Below are positions 1-8,514 of a DNA stretch of 64,000 nt, piece after piece. This DNA comes from Staphylococcus phage vB_SsapH-Golestan-100, in the sequence record LC647030.1; one strand, written 5' to 3'. Positions within the stretch are counted from its first letter, which is position 1. Each line of letters begins with the position of its first letter. The notes below the pieces were generated by a model. The model saw only the letters and a program-made list of their open reading frames with translations. It ran no database searches and had not been told where the DNA came from. Made by a program: the position numbers and the translations under genes.

Positions 1-31
1 AAAAAAAAACACCTATTAATTAAAATAGGTG
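1..31 (-). terminator. Rho-independent terminator acting on the minus strand
   Basis: Perfect hairpin cacctatt/aataggtg (10-17 pairing 24-31). On the minus strand it is followed by a 9-nt U run, which is the A run at plus 1-9. Confidence 0.6.
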
Positions 32-1760
32 TCCATCAAGGCTCCCGTACTTAGATTACGGTTAATATTATTTTACGACAATTGTATGAGTATCCTTGAT
101 GTTGAAACGCTCGTCACTGCGTGTATGTACTATAACAGGGAGCTATATAAGAGTTTACCTCATATAGCTTTGTCATAGTAACTGAATATACAGTGGTTTG
201 GCTGTCTTATGGAGTTCCTCTAAGCTATACAGAGAAAATCAGCTTCCTTATGTTGTAACTCATCTAACCATAAACTTGAGTTACACGCCAAGTGTCCGAT
301 ACCTAATAATCAAGACTTGGTATCTTAAGCCATCACTCTATACTCTATGACACTTCTTCTGAGAATAAAGCTGTCCAACTTATTTCACTCTCAAGGTGCT
401 ACCTAATTTTGAGTTATCCCTATTTGGAAAGTAGGTATGGTTCACCTTAGCTAACGCTTAACCGATACTAACGCTAGTACAGGGAAACCCTAAGTTTTCA
501 GTAAAGACCAGTGCGCACCAGTCAGAACCACGGAAATTTAGATGAGCATTAAGGCTCTGTATGTCTGAGTGACTAGCTCATTTGATTTTTTAACAGCGCT
601 TATTAACTAGTCGTTAATAAAGGTTTCACGGTCTCTATTACCTACTCTTTATTATTAAAGTTAAGCTTAAGCTAGAGTGTTCTAGGAACCAAAGTCACTT
701 AACTAACTTATGGTATTATTACCATAAAACATAAACTGAAGGACTCTAACCCTCATCTTTACACATCGTGTGTAACGCTCTATATTGTGGGTAATTACTC
801 CACTCATCAACCCACCTTTAAACAGTCCCGTTTGCGCAATTAAAACTATTTAAGGTAATTAAAATTAAGCTAAGTCTATGTTTTATAATAACAAAAGTGG
901 TGAATTATTTCTACCCTGTCATCACCATCCAAGGTTTTTAACGTCTTTTCTGACGGACAGTTTACCACCAATCCACTGACAAGTTCTCCGATTATTTAGA
1001 CACGTTAGGATAGTGCGTGTAACTGCTCACGCCAGTCAGACGACACGTACTTTATTTATCCTCAATTACGGGCAGAAATGAGTTTGATAGGTGAAACCTT
1101 TTAGACTTCCTATCGACTATTATAGTCCTAGTTGGCATACGTTCCAACTAGTGTCTTTTAGTAACTTTCTGAAATGTCATAAGGGGTCAATGCTAGCAAG
1201 TAGCGACCCGACACCAGCCAACTCTCATATGGTTTAGTTACAAGGTACTTATATCTCCACCATAGGCTAGTGTAAGCGTATGGTGGTAATTCCGCTAGGC
1301 TCACTCGAAGCAACTCAAGTGGTATGAGCCTAGCAATATCTCCCGTCACTTATCGGTTATTGTTTTATACTGGAAAACGGGACGGGTACCACGAAAAACA
1401 GTCCCATCATGAAACCTGTAACCTCAGATGGTAAAATAAGTTTTTTGATAACAGGATAGTCACCGCACGTGTTCAGCAACTATATAAGATGTTCCCTATA
1501 GAACTCTCTATAGGTTTACATAAGCTAGAGTAGCTAACTTTAACTTACTACTACAGGAGTATACCCTCTAAAACCACTAAACTTTGTGGGATATACAGAT
1601 TACATAATAGCACTTATGTAACCAGTTTTTTATGCTATAAGTGGAATTGAAAGAACTCCACATATACTCAAGGTATACTAGAGTCCTCTGAGTGACCAAT
1701 AAGTAATCTCTAATTAGCGGTTAGAGAGTCGATTAGATGGAAATCACTTTTCTATAATTA
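32..1760 (-). ncRNA. Candidate large structured non-coding RNA; class unassigned, with GOLLD/ROOL-type phage RNAs as one hypothesis
   Basis: The block is 1.7 kb with no credible ORF in a gene-dense phage. Its GC is visibly higher than in flanking genes. It holds many perfect long stems: gctaggctca 1294-1303 pairs tgagcctagc 1325-1334; ccaccata 1257-1264 pairs tatggtgg 1280-1287; ctagttgg 1128-1135 pairs ccaactag 1144-1151. A minus-strand promoter lies at its 3' side and a minus-strand terminator at its 5' side. Confidence 0.3.
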
Positions 1761-1788
1761 ATATAACATAAGTTTGCTATTTTTGCAA
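1760..1788 (-). promoter_or_regulatory. Sigma-70-like promoter reading leftward into the ORF-free region
   Basis: On the minus strand: TTGCAA, a 17-nt spacer, then TATATT with an upstream TG (extended -10). It lies immediately 3' of the stop of CDS 1792..2298. Confidence 0.3.
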
Positions 1789-1791
1789 CCC

Positions 1792-2298
1792 TTATTTTAA
1801 ACTTTCTTCTACTTCTTTTCTAATACGCATTAGCTCATCATATGTTTCTTGGTCTGTGTAGTCGATGATAAGTGTAAGGTCAGGAGATTCCATAGGATTA
1901 GTAAAGTATAATTTAGTTACTACAACCCCTTCTCCTAATTCCATAACCTTACCTTGGTCTACATATTCCTCTCTAAACACTTTAGATGCTTCAATAGGGC
2001 TTAATCTATAGTCACTAAATATTTTAAATAGCTTAGCAAGAGCAATAAATCTATCCTCATTACGTCCTGTAATTTTAAAAGTTAAAGAGTGTGCACTTTC
2101 TTTATCTCCTTCTTGAGGTGTGAACTTTCTAAATTCATATGTATAGTACATCTCTCTGATAATAGGAGCTAAGATTTCAGCTACTTTATGAGAACCTTCA
2201 GTCGTTTCTTCTTTTGTAGGAGATTCTAAAGTTTTTGATAAAGGTAAATCATGTCTAATTAAATCCATTATTGTATCATTCTTGTCTATTTTTGGCAT
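1792..2298 (-). CDS. Hypothetical protein (168 aa)
   Basis: ORF with a start codon overlapping the upstream gene. No recognisable motif. Confidence 0.5.
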   Translation of the reverse strand: MPKIDKNDTIMDLIRHDLPLSKTLESPTKEETTEGSHKVAEILAPIIREMYYTYEFRKFTPQEGDKESAHSLTFKITGRNEDRFIALAKLFKIFSDYRLSPIEASKVFREEYVDQGKVMELGEGVVVTKLYFTNPMESPDLTLIIDYTDQETYDELMRIRKEVEESLK

Positions 2299-2480
2299 TT
2301 ATTATCACCATGCTTATTAAGTATTTTATCTATCCTAATTTTAGCCTCTAAAATTACTTCTTGGTAATAGAGTCTCTTCATTTCTTTTCTAATAGATAGT
2401 ATAACATACAAGCATAGTATTGTAGCATAAAGTGCAATAGCAACAATTTCCTCTGTAGTAATATTAAGAAGAACTAGCAT
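2286..2480 (-). CDS. Small membrane protein (64 aa, one TM)
   Basis: Hydrophobic N-terminal helix. The start is tightly packed against the upstream terL exon. Confidence 0.4.
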   Translation of the reverse strand: MLVLLNITTEEIVAIALYATILCLYVILSIRKEMKRLYYQEVILEAKIRIDKILNKHGDNKCQK

Positions 2481-2483
2481 AGG

Positions 2484-3248
2484 CTAATCCTTCTTATAAA
2501 TGTCTTGTAATAATGATGATACATCTTTTTCATTATCCATACCACCTTTAGGAGCCTCAGGATTCAGTGTACTAATGAATGTAGAACCAAATTCATTTCC
2601 GCCACCACTGTTAAGAAGTTGTAGACGTTTTAACCCTATATAGCCAATTACTGATGCTTGGCTATAATGGTCATCGCCTTTACGAGATATTGTTTGGTAA
2701 AAACCACCATTAGTCTCATCTTCTTCATCTCTTATAACTACATTTTTCCAATGTACTAAATATTTCTTTAAGTCCTCATCTATGATTTTATAAGTTTTTA
2801 TATAACCTGATTTTAATGCATCTATATAAATCTTATTTTGAGTTAACTTATCTACTTTCATATTATGTTGATTGGCATTTACTTGAGGTACAAATTCTCC
2901 TGTAGATTTAGGAGCTGATTTATATTCACAAGAAAAAACTCTACCTTCACCAAAGTGGTTGATTAGTTTTAGTACTTTGTCACCACTATCTCCTTTATCA
3001 GCCATAACAATGTCAGGTTTGTACTTAGAAAATTCTATAATAATTTGTTGAACATCCATACCTATCTGTTTAGGGTCTCTAACTTCAGGGATAGAGAATA
3101 GTCTTATTAAATGAACTTCTCCTGATTCTGTCATGCCATGTACAGTACAATAATGTGTTCTACCCCAATCCACAGAACATGATATATATTTATAACCTTT
3201 ACGGTCATGCTTTTGTGTTAATAAGTTTTCTGCATAGTTGTCAAACAC
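2484..3248 (-). CDS. terL: Large terminase subunit, 3' exon (RNaseH-like nuclease domain). The true 3' splice site lies somewhere in 3249-3293.
   Basis: YKYISCSVDWGRTHY aligns with T4 gp17 YIATLDCSEGRGQDY, and a C-terminal GDDHYSQASVIGYIG hDD motif is present. The reading frame stays open 15 codons upstream of the GTG with no independent start needed. Confidence 0.7.
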   Translation of the reverse strand: MFDNYAENLLTQKHDRKGYKYISCSVDWGRTHYCTVHGMTESGEVHLIRLFSIPEVRDPKQIGMDVQQIIIEFSKYKPDIVMADKGDSGDKVLKLINHFGEGRVFSCEYKSAPKSTGEFVPQVNANQHNMKVDKLTQNKIYIDALKSGYIKTYKIIDEDLKKYLVHWKNVVIRDEEDETNGGFYQTISRKGDDHYSQASVIGYIGLKRLQLLNSGGGNEFGSTFISTLNPEAPKGGMDNEKDVSSLLQDIYKKD

Positions 3249-4561
3249 GTCTTCCTCTAATACTGTTAAGCTAGCATCTTCATATGGAAACGATTATACC
3301 GCTAGTTTCCTAGTACTTTAACACTCATTTAAGAGTCGGTCTAGACTATCTCATACTCCTTAGTTTAGGTTAAGGAGTCTCTGCTTTACACTATAAATTT
3401 AGTTTCATCTTTAAATACGCACTAACTTGATTATAAGTTTTCTGAGTATAAGGTATTTCTATAAGAGTTATGTTATTATTCTTAGCATACTTTCTTTTAA
3501 TGTCATCTCTGATTACTTGTTCTTCATACTTCTCAATACCTCCAAATATTTCTACAGGAGTGAAGTGTTGTATTCCTTGATACTCTAGTAAAAATTCTTT
3601 ACCTTCGAGAGATGGTATATGAAAGTCATAGGATAATTTTCTTGAATGCAGAAGGTCTTCATACTTCTTTTGTTCAGTATAAGTTATTTTGTTATCATCT
3701 AAGAATCGTCTAACATAACTCTCACCAACAGATATATTACAGTAAGAACAGCAAGGCTTTTCTAGTAGATGATAAGGAGTGACTAATAACTCCGTCTTAC
3801 ACTTGTTATGTCTAACCTTTATCTTTGTAGTACTGCCCTTATATTCACCTAATACTGTATACTCATTTTTGTATTTATTAAAAACATCCTTCTCAAATTC
3901 TTTTTGTGTTTTGCGTTGAGAAAGACCTTGCAGTTTTCTCATACATTTAAAACATCTAGTTTTTGAAGAAAGAAAAGCGTTAGGAGTAACTTGCCACTCA
4001 GTTCCACAAGATTTATGTAAAAGAGTTACTTTATTATATACACCGTTATAGCTACCTATAAGTTGGTACTCACCTTTAGTTAGGTCATACAGCTCTTTTT
4101 CAAATTGAGCTGTTGTTTTGGCTTTAGCTCCTCTTTTTTTATTTCTACATAAAGGACATCTATTACCATCTAAAAAACCCTTAGGTGTTACCATGTACGT
4201 ATTAGAACAAGTATTATGCTTAATTTTAATTTTTGTTCTATTGTTAATGTAGGTTCCTTCAACTACGTACTCATTATTTACTAAGGTATATACTTCTTTT
4301 TCAAATTGTTCTTGTGTTTTCTTTATTGACATGTTACTCTGCTCCTTTAATTTATAGTTTTTATCTAGTTTTCACTATCTCCTTTTAGATAGCTATCTAG
4401 AAACTTAGTCGTTGGACATTTATCTTGATTTAATCATAGCATTAATAGTTAACTATGTCAAGAATTTAGTAACGGATTGTCATATACTTTTTAAAGTACT
4501 TAGAGTTCCCCGTTTTAACAGAGTTTTCTACCGCCATTACTGACGATAGGGGCTGAAATTA
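3249..4561 (-). mobile_element. Group I intron (td-like, subgroup IA) interrupting terL and carrying a homing-endonuclease ORF. Boundaries approximate: 5' splice site after plus 4562, 3' splice site within 3249-3293.
   Basis: Read on the minus strand. The exon ends GGGU and can pair with an IGS GCCC to form P1. AAAACGGGGAAC...GACAAUCCGU (plus 4505-4516 region) closely resembles the T4 td P3/P4 sequence. An R-like element GUCCAACGACUAAG lies at plus 4404-4416 and a second R-like element GCAGAGACUCC at 3374-3384. An S element GAGAUAGUCUAGACC lies at 3338-3352. Confidence 0.65.
3391..4332 (-). CDS. Intron-encoded homing-endonuclease-like protein. It has three about 55-aa zinc-ribbon repeats and a C-terminal PD-(D/E)XK-like domain.
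   Basis: The module FEKE.Y....EY...G.Y.N...K..H..C...W.V.P..FL....C..C appears three times. The C-terminus carries YDFHIP...EYQG...RDDIK. The ORF has its own RBS (aaaggagcag) and lies between the terL exons inside the ribozyme. Confidence 0.55.
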   Translation of the reverse strand: MSIKKTQEQFEKEVYTLVNNEYVVEGTYINNRTKIKIKHNTCSNTYMVTPKGFLDGNRCPLCRNKKRGAKAKTTAQFEKELYDLTKGEYQLIGSYNGVYNKVTLLHKSCGTEWQVTPNAFLSSKTRCFKCMRKLQGLSQRKTQKEFEKDVFNKYKNEYTVLGEYKGSTTKIKVRHNKCKTELLVTPYHLLEKPCCSYCNISVGESYVRRFLDDNKITYTEQKKYEDLLHSRKLSYDFHIPSLEGKEFLLEYQGIQHFTPVEIFGGIEKYEEQVIRDDIKRKYAKNNNITLIEIPYTQKTYNQVSAYLKMKLNL

Positions 4562-5608
4562 ACCCAGCATGTAGTTATAGAAGGCTTGCTTACTTGGTGT
4601 AGCTAATTCTTTACGTTTTAAGTCATCGGCTGTTATCCATACAGCATTCATTTGAGAAATTGAGTATCCTCTGATACCTCCACCATCTTTAGTGCGCTCA
4701 GGATACTTAGCAACCCACTCTCCATTATACCATCGGTCTAGTGGTTTACCACATTTCTGACAGACATATTGGAAGGTTCCATCTACTACTGTTTGACTTA
4801 ATCTGTCAACACCATCAGGGTTAACACATAAGATGTTGCCTCCTGCCTCAATGGAACTAGAATCATAATCCTCATAACTCATTTGGTTCCAGTGGTTACA
4901 TTTGTCGCACTTGTGTAAGTATTGATGTTGGTCTGATGCTTCAAACAAACGATGTATTCCTGTATTAGGAGCGGAAGGTGTTGACCACCGTCTTTTTACT
5001 CCAAATTTAGAACTTGACATTGATTCCTCTGCTGAAGCTTCTGCTAGTTTATTAATTCTGTCGTACTCATCGAGGGATAGAAAGTCAATGTCTACACCCT
5101 CTACACTTCCTGGTTTACTACTAGTACGGAAAAACAAACTTGAATTTCTAAACCTTTTCAATTGTACTGAGTTATAATCTTTATCTACGATACTTTTAAA
5201 GTAAGGTTGGTCAAGGGTAGGGTCTAACCTAGTTTGAACAAACTCCTTCATTTGTCTATTTGTTGGGAAAGTGTAAAGACATTTAGCAGATGCATAGCTA
5301 TGCATGTCTGCAAACCACATCATTTCCCATACTCCCATCTCACTGAGCCCCAATTGTCTTGCCTTTATTATAGCTTTATTTGGATGCTGGTCGTTTACGA
5401 TTTGAGTTTGCCATGGCCTATGAGAATGGGCATTCGCAGAGTCTCTATTTGGAATAGAGAAAGTCAACGGATGCCCTTTTACTTTACTATGTTTTAGAAT
5501 ATAACTCGAAGGCCTAGACGTTGTTAACACATAATCAAGTTGCTCCTTTGTAGGATTATCCGTCTTGAATGTCTCTTTGGTAATCTTTAAAAGTTCTTTA
5601 CCATCCAT
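4562..5608 (-). CDS. terL: Large terminase subunit, 5' exon (ATPase domain). The ORF stop at 4559-4561 lies inside the intron.
   Basis: KARQLGLS is a lambda-gpA-type deviant Walker A and aligns with T4 SRQLGKT. NSSLFFRTSSKPGSVEGVDIDFLSLDEYD aligns with the T4 gp17 Walker B region [42 protein letters not shown] aligns with GTSGTLISGMKLAVM. Confidence 0.65.
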
Positions 5609-5627
5609 ATGTATATACCTTCTTTAT

Positions 5628-6053
5628 CTAAAATTGTCTATAGTTGTCTTCATTCATTGCTTCTTCTTTTTGTGCTATCATCTTCATTAAATCTTCTTCT
5701 GTCATGTCTTCAATTGATGATTCCACTACATACTGCTCACCTTCATCATCAGACTCAAATTCTATGTTTTGGTCTAACGCTCTATTTTGAGAAACGGACA
5801 ATTGAGGTAGCACACCGTTACCATCTGTACCGTTTTCTAGTTCATTAATCTGAAGGAACATAGCAAATATTCTTTGGAACTCATTTACATCTGTTATCTC
5901 TACCTCACCATTTTGAACTTTTTGGAAAAAAGCTTTTGTTAAGGTTTGAGCAGTATTATTAAAGTTACTGATAGTTTCTTTTTTTGTGTCCTCTAAAGAT
6001 GCTTTCTTTTGTTGCATACGGTCTCTAATTTGGGCAGCTCTCACTTTCCTCAA
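5628..6053 (-). CDS. Hypothetical acidic coiled-coil protein (141 aa)
   Basis: ORF only. Confidence 0.45.
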   Translation of the reverse strand: MRKVRAAQIRDRMQQKKASLEDTKKETISNFNNTAQTLTKAFFQKVQNGEVEITDVNEFQRIFAMFLQINELENGTDGNGVLPQLSVSQNRALDQNIEFESDDEGEQYVVESSIEDMTEEDLMKMIAQKEEAMNEDNYRQF

Positions 6054-6345
6054 GGTCTCCTTTCCACCGTAGATAAGTCTTACAGCTTTTTATGTAGTAA
6101 CATACATGAACTTTCAGTCCATATCCTACAGTTATTTGTTTGTGTTCAACGTCTGTTATAACTTGACCAGTAGCTAGATTTACCTTAGTTAGAGGTCTTC
6201 CGCAAACACAACACACTCTTGTAGAGTCTGTAGGTCTTTTATCATACCTTCTAAAATGTACGATGTTTTTATTACTTATTTGTTTTTTTGATACTGATAA
6301 CCTTTTCTTCTTCAGTTCTTGCAGAGTCATCTGACTTATCACCAC
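6025..6345 (-). CDS. Small zinc-ribbon protein (106 aa)
   Basis: CCVCG ... CPN cysteine pairs. Confidence 0.4.
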   Translation of the reverse strand: MVISQMTLQELKKKRLSVSKKQISNKNIVHFRRYDKRPTDSTRVCCVCGRPLTKVNLATGQVITDVEHKQITVGYGLKVHVCYYIKSCKTYLRWKGDLEESESCPN

Positions 6346-6697
6346 CTGACTTTTGGTCTTGGAGGTGTTTTTCTGCTAAGACTTCAATCTCTGAACGTGT
6401 TAAATTAATTCCTTCTATGTTGTTAATAGCTTCTTTTATAATTTGTAGTTCCTTATCTTTACGCTCTAATTTATCTATTACGTATTTAGGTAAAGGGTCT
6501 TCATAATTATTAGCTATTCTATCATACCAATTGAGTACAGTATTAGTCAGCACCACACCAAATAGTATATAAATTATTATAGATGTCGGTCTAAGACCTA
6601 ACATAAATGCTAAATGATTTACTACTGCTAGTGCTAGCATGGACACAAATACCACTAAAAAAGCTTTAAGAATAACGTCTTTTAAGTTTGAAAACAA
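6272..6697 (-). CDS. Membrane protein (two TM) with a coiled-coil tail
   Basis: TTG start with an agaggtg RBS. Two hydrophobic helices. Confidence 0.45.
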   Translation of the reverse strand: MFSNLKDVILKAFLVVFVSMLALAVVNHLAFMLGLRPTSIIIYILFGVVLTNTVLNWYDRIANNYEDPLPKYVIDKLERKDKELQIIKEAINNIEGINLTRSEIEVLAEKHLQDQKSGGDKSDDSARTEEEKVISIKKTNK

Positions 6698-6812
6698 AGC
6701 TTATCACACCTCTACTTTTCTTAGGCTAAAATTACAGCCTATATACTATTAATTTAACACAACTGCCTGCCAAACCATTGTGTTATATTATTTTTTTGAG
6801 AGGTGAAGACTT

Positions 6813-7088
6813 ATGTGGTTATTTTTTGCACTTTATTTTGCGTCTAGCTTGTGGTACATCTTCCTTCTTGAGCATAGTACAAAAAGACTTTCTCATAATC
6901 TATACTATTGCAATGGTATTGATAAATGTTATAGTGCTATTTCAGTTATAGTTTTGATATGCTTGCTCATATTAAACTTGCTAGGTCTTGCTACTAGGTC
7001 ACTGCCAATAACCTTTATTACAGTAATAGCTACTACTCTATCACTGATTAACTATATTATAACATACTTTAAAGAAAAATCAACATAA
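6813..7088 (+). CDS. Small three-TM membrane protein; holin-like topology
   Basis: 91 aa with three predicted TM helices. RBS gagaggtgaag. An extended -10 TGTTATATT lies upstream. Confidence 0.4.
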   Translation: MWLFFALYFASSLWYIFLLEHSTKRLSHNLYYCNGIDKCYSAISVIVLICLLILNLLGLATRSLPITFITVIATTLSLINYIITYFKEKST

Positions 7089-7122
7089 AGTGCAGTAAAA
7101 GTTTTGATGGGAGGGTAAGGTC

Positions 7123-7461
7123 TTGGACACTAGCAATCTTTCAGATGTATTGAATAGATTAAGAAGCATAGAGCAAGATTTAATAGCAGGTAAATATGTT
7201 AAAACTGAAGATTTCAAAGCATTAATTCAGTCTCTAGAAGACTTAGAAGCTAAGCTAAACAGCCTAGATAGAAATTATGAAATAGATAAGATAAAAAACC
7301 AACAACTGTTTGATACTGTCAATGAGCTATCTCAACAACTAAAAGCTTTACAAGATAGTGACCAAGACCGTAGTGATAACAGAAAAGCTTTTGCTGAGAA
7401 GGCTATACTAGGTGCTATTGGTGTTGCTATACCTTATATACTTGGTAAATTCTTAAATTAA
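7123..7461 (+). CDS. Coiled-coil protein with a C-terminal TM anchor
   Basis: ORF with a hydrophobic C-terminus AILGAIGVAIPYILGKFL. Confidence 0.4.
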   Translation: MDTSNLSDVLNRLRSIEQDLIAGKYVKTEDFKALIQSLEDLEAKLNSLDRNYEIDKIKNQQLFDTVNELSQQLKALQDSDQDRSDNRKAFAEKAILGAIGVAIPYILGKFLN

Positions 7462-7478
7462 AAGAGAGGAAGTTGTAA

Positions 7479-7697
7479 ATGTATAACTTTAAAAAACTAG
7501 AAATAACAATGATTGATGGTAGTAAATTCTTTGCTTTCCCTGAAGGAGAGGCTGGGGTAATATCTGTAACTCATGTTTCTCAGTCTATCGGTAAAGGTGG
7601 ACATAGTTTATTCTTAGCTAATACTGAAGATAGTGTAGACTCTAAACAAATCTTTATTAATGCTAACTTAATTATATCTGTAGAAGGTAAAGTTTAA
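7479..7697 (+). CDS. Hypothetical protein (72 aa)
   Basis: ORF with RBS gagaggaag. Confidence 0.4.
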   Translation: MYNFKKLEITMIDGSKFFAFPEGEAGVISVTHVSQSIGKGGHSLFLANTEDSVDSKQIFINANLIISVEGKV

Positions 7698-7710
7698 TAA
7701 ATATATCTTG

Positions 7711-7743
7711 AAGAGAGCTATTAGTTTAGTTCTCTTTTTTTTT
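7711..7743 (+). terminator. Rho-independent terminator
   Basis: Hairpin agagagcta...ttctct followed by T9. Nearly the same sequence recurs at 10256-10286. Confidence 0.6.
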
Positions 7744-7749
7744 ATTATA

Positions 7750-8060
7750 TTGTGTAATACAGAAAGTGACACATTTAAGATTTTATTAATCTTTATATAT
7801 AACTATATACTTTATATATCTTTAATTATAATTACTAGTATTATAACTATAGTTACTAATAAAGGTTAATAAATTCCTAAATACGTCATAATAGATAGTA
7901 TACAACATAAAGTGACACATTTAGAACATTTATCAATCTTTATATATAACTATTATTATAATAACTATTAAAGAACTAATAAAGATATATAAAGTATATA
8001 TACTAATAAACATCGTTAAAATCCTAAATGTGTCATAATAAGTTTTATACAACATAAATA
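7750..8060. repeat. Tandem 146-bp repeats (two full copies and one partial), each carrying an inverted motif pair
   Basis: gtgacacattta occurs at 7766 and 7912. The inverted partners taaatacgtcat and taaatgtgtcat lie at 7879 and 8026. The unit spacing is 146-147 bp. Confidence 0.6.
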
Positions 8061-8099
8061 AAGGTAAGAACTCCCACATTCAAGATTAAATAACTATAT

Positions 8100-8137
8100 G
8101 TAAAAGATAAAAAAATATAACTACTCTGTGTTATAAT
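8100..8137 (+). promoter_or_regulatory. Extended -10 promoter (TGtTATAAT) for the lysis cassette
   Basis: tgttataat at 8129-8137 with no strong -35. It sits downstream of the repeat region and upstream of the 8267 gene. Confidence 0.4.
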
Positions 8138-8266
8138 GTATTTATAGTCAAGGTAATCTACTACTTATTTTGACTATACTCTAAGCTGTTAAATCAAAGA
8201 GGTATTAGGGTGGCTCCTTTTACCTCCTCTTCAAATACATATAAACAAAATTAAAGGCGGTATATT

Positions 8267-8473
8267 ATGAATAATACTTCTCAACCAATGAGTTCAAAAC
8301 AATTTAATTATATTCAAAGTTTAATTGGTAAATCATTTATAAATAATAAAGTTCAAACAAAAGAAGAACTGTGGGATAAAATGGATTTACTCCCTGATGT
8401 AGATTTAAAAACACTAGATGGTAAATACGCTAGTCAGATTATTAAGTCTCTTTTAACTATTCAAGAAGATTAG
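8267..8473 (+). CDS. Hypothetical protein (68 aa), first gene of the lysis cassette
   Basis: ORF with RBS aaaggcgg. No TM helix. Confidence 0.45.
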   Translation: MNNTSQPMSSKQFNYIQSLIGKSFINNKVQTKEELWDKMDLLPDVDLKTLDGKYASQIIKSLLTIQED

Positions 8474-8514
8474 TACTTGCTATATTATTCAAGCAAGGAA
8501 AATATAAAGAAAGA

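Noticed and set aside
40-75. Hairpin CCGUA...UACGG with an adjacent GAGCC, reminiscent of group II intron domain V
   Set aside because: The orientation and length do not fit the 34-nt domain V consensus. There is no reverse-transcriptase ORF and no other domains.
1115-1127. Palindrome gactattatagtc resembling a P7 R/S pair
   Set aside because: The two halves are adjacent with no room for P3'/P8. It is a plain hairpin, not a group I core.
1158-1349. 63-aa minus-strand ORF inside the ORF-free block
   Set aside because: It overlaps the strongest RNA stems (1257-1334) and has no RBS. It is more likely a chance open frame in structured RNA.
32-1790. tRNA genes or a CRISPR array in the ORF-free block
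   Set aside because: I found no cloverleaf with D-loop or T-loop consensus (GTTCRAATC) on either strand, and no regularly spaced direct repeats.
3374-3384. Second R-like element (GCAGAGACUCC) downstream of the HEG in the terL intron
   Set aside because: It is not dismissed as sequence. It is uncertain which of the two R-like elements forms P7, and structure modelling is needed. It is not counted as a second intron.
5234-6506. Plus-strand ORFs 5234..5497, 5609..5848 and 6288..6506
   Set aside because: Embedded antisense within the minus-strand terL exon and neighbouring genes. No RBS.
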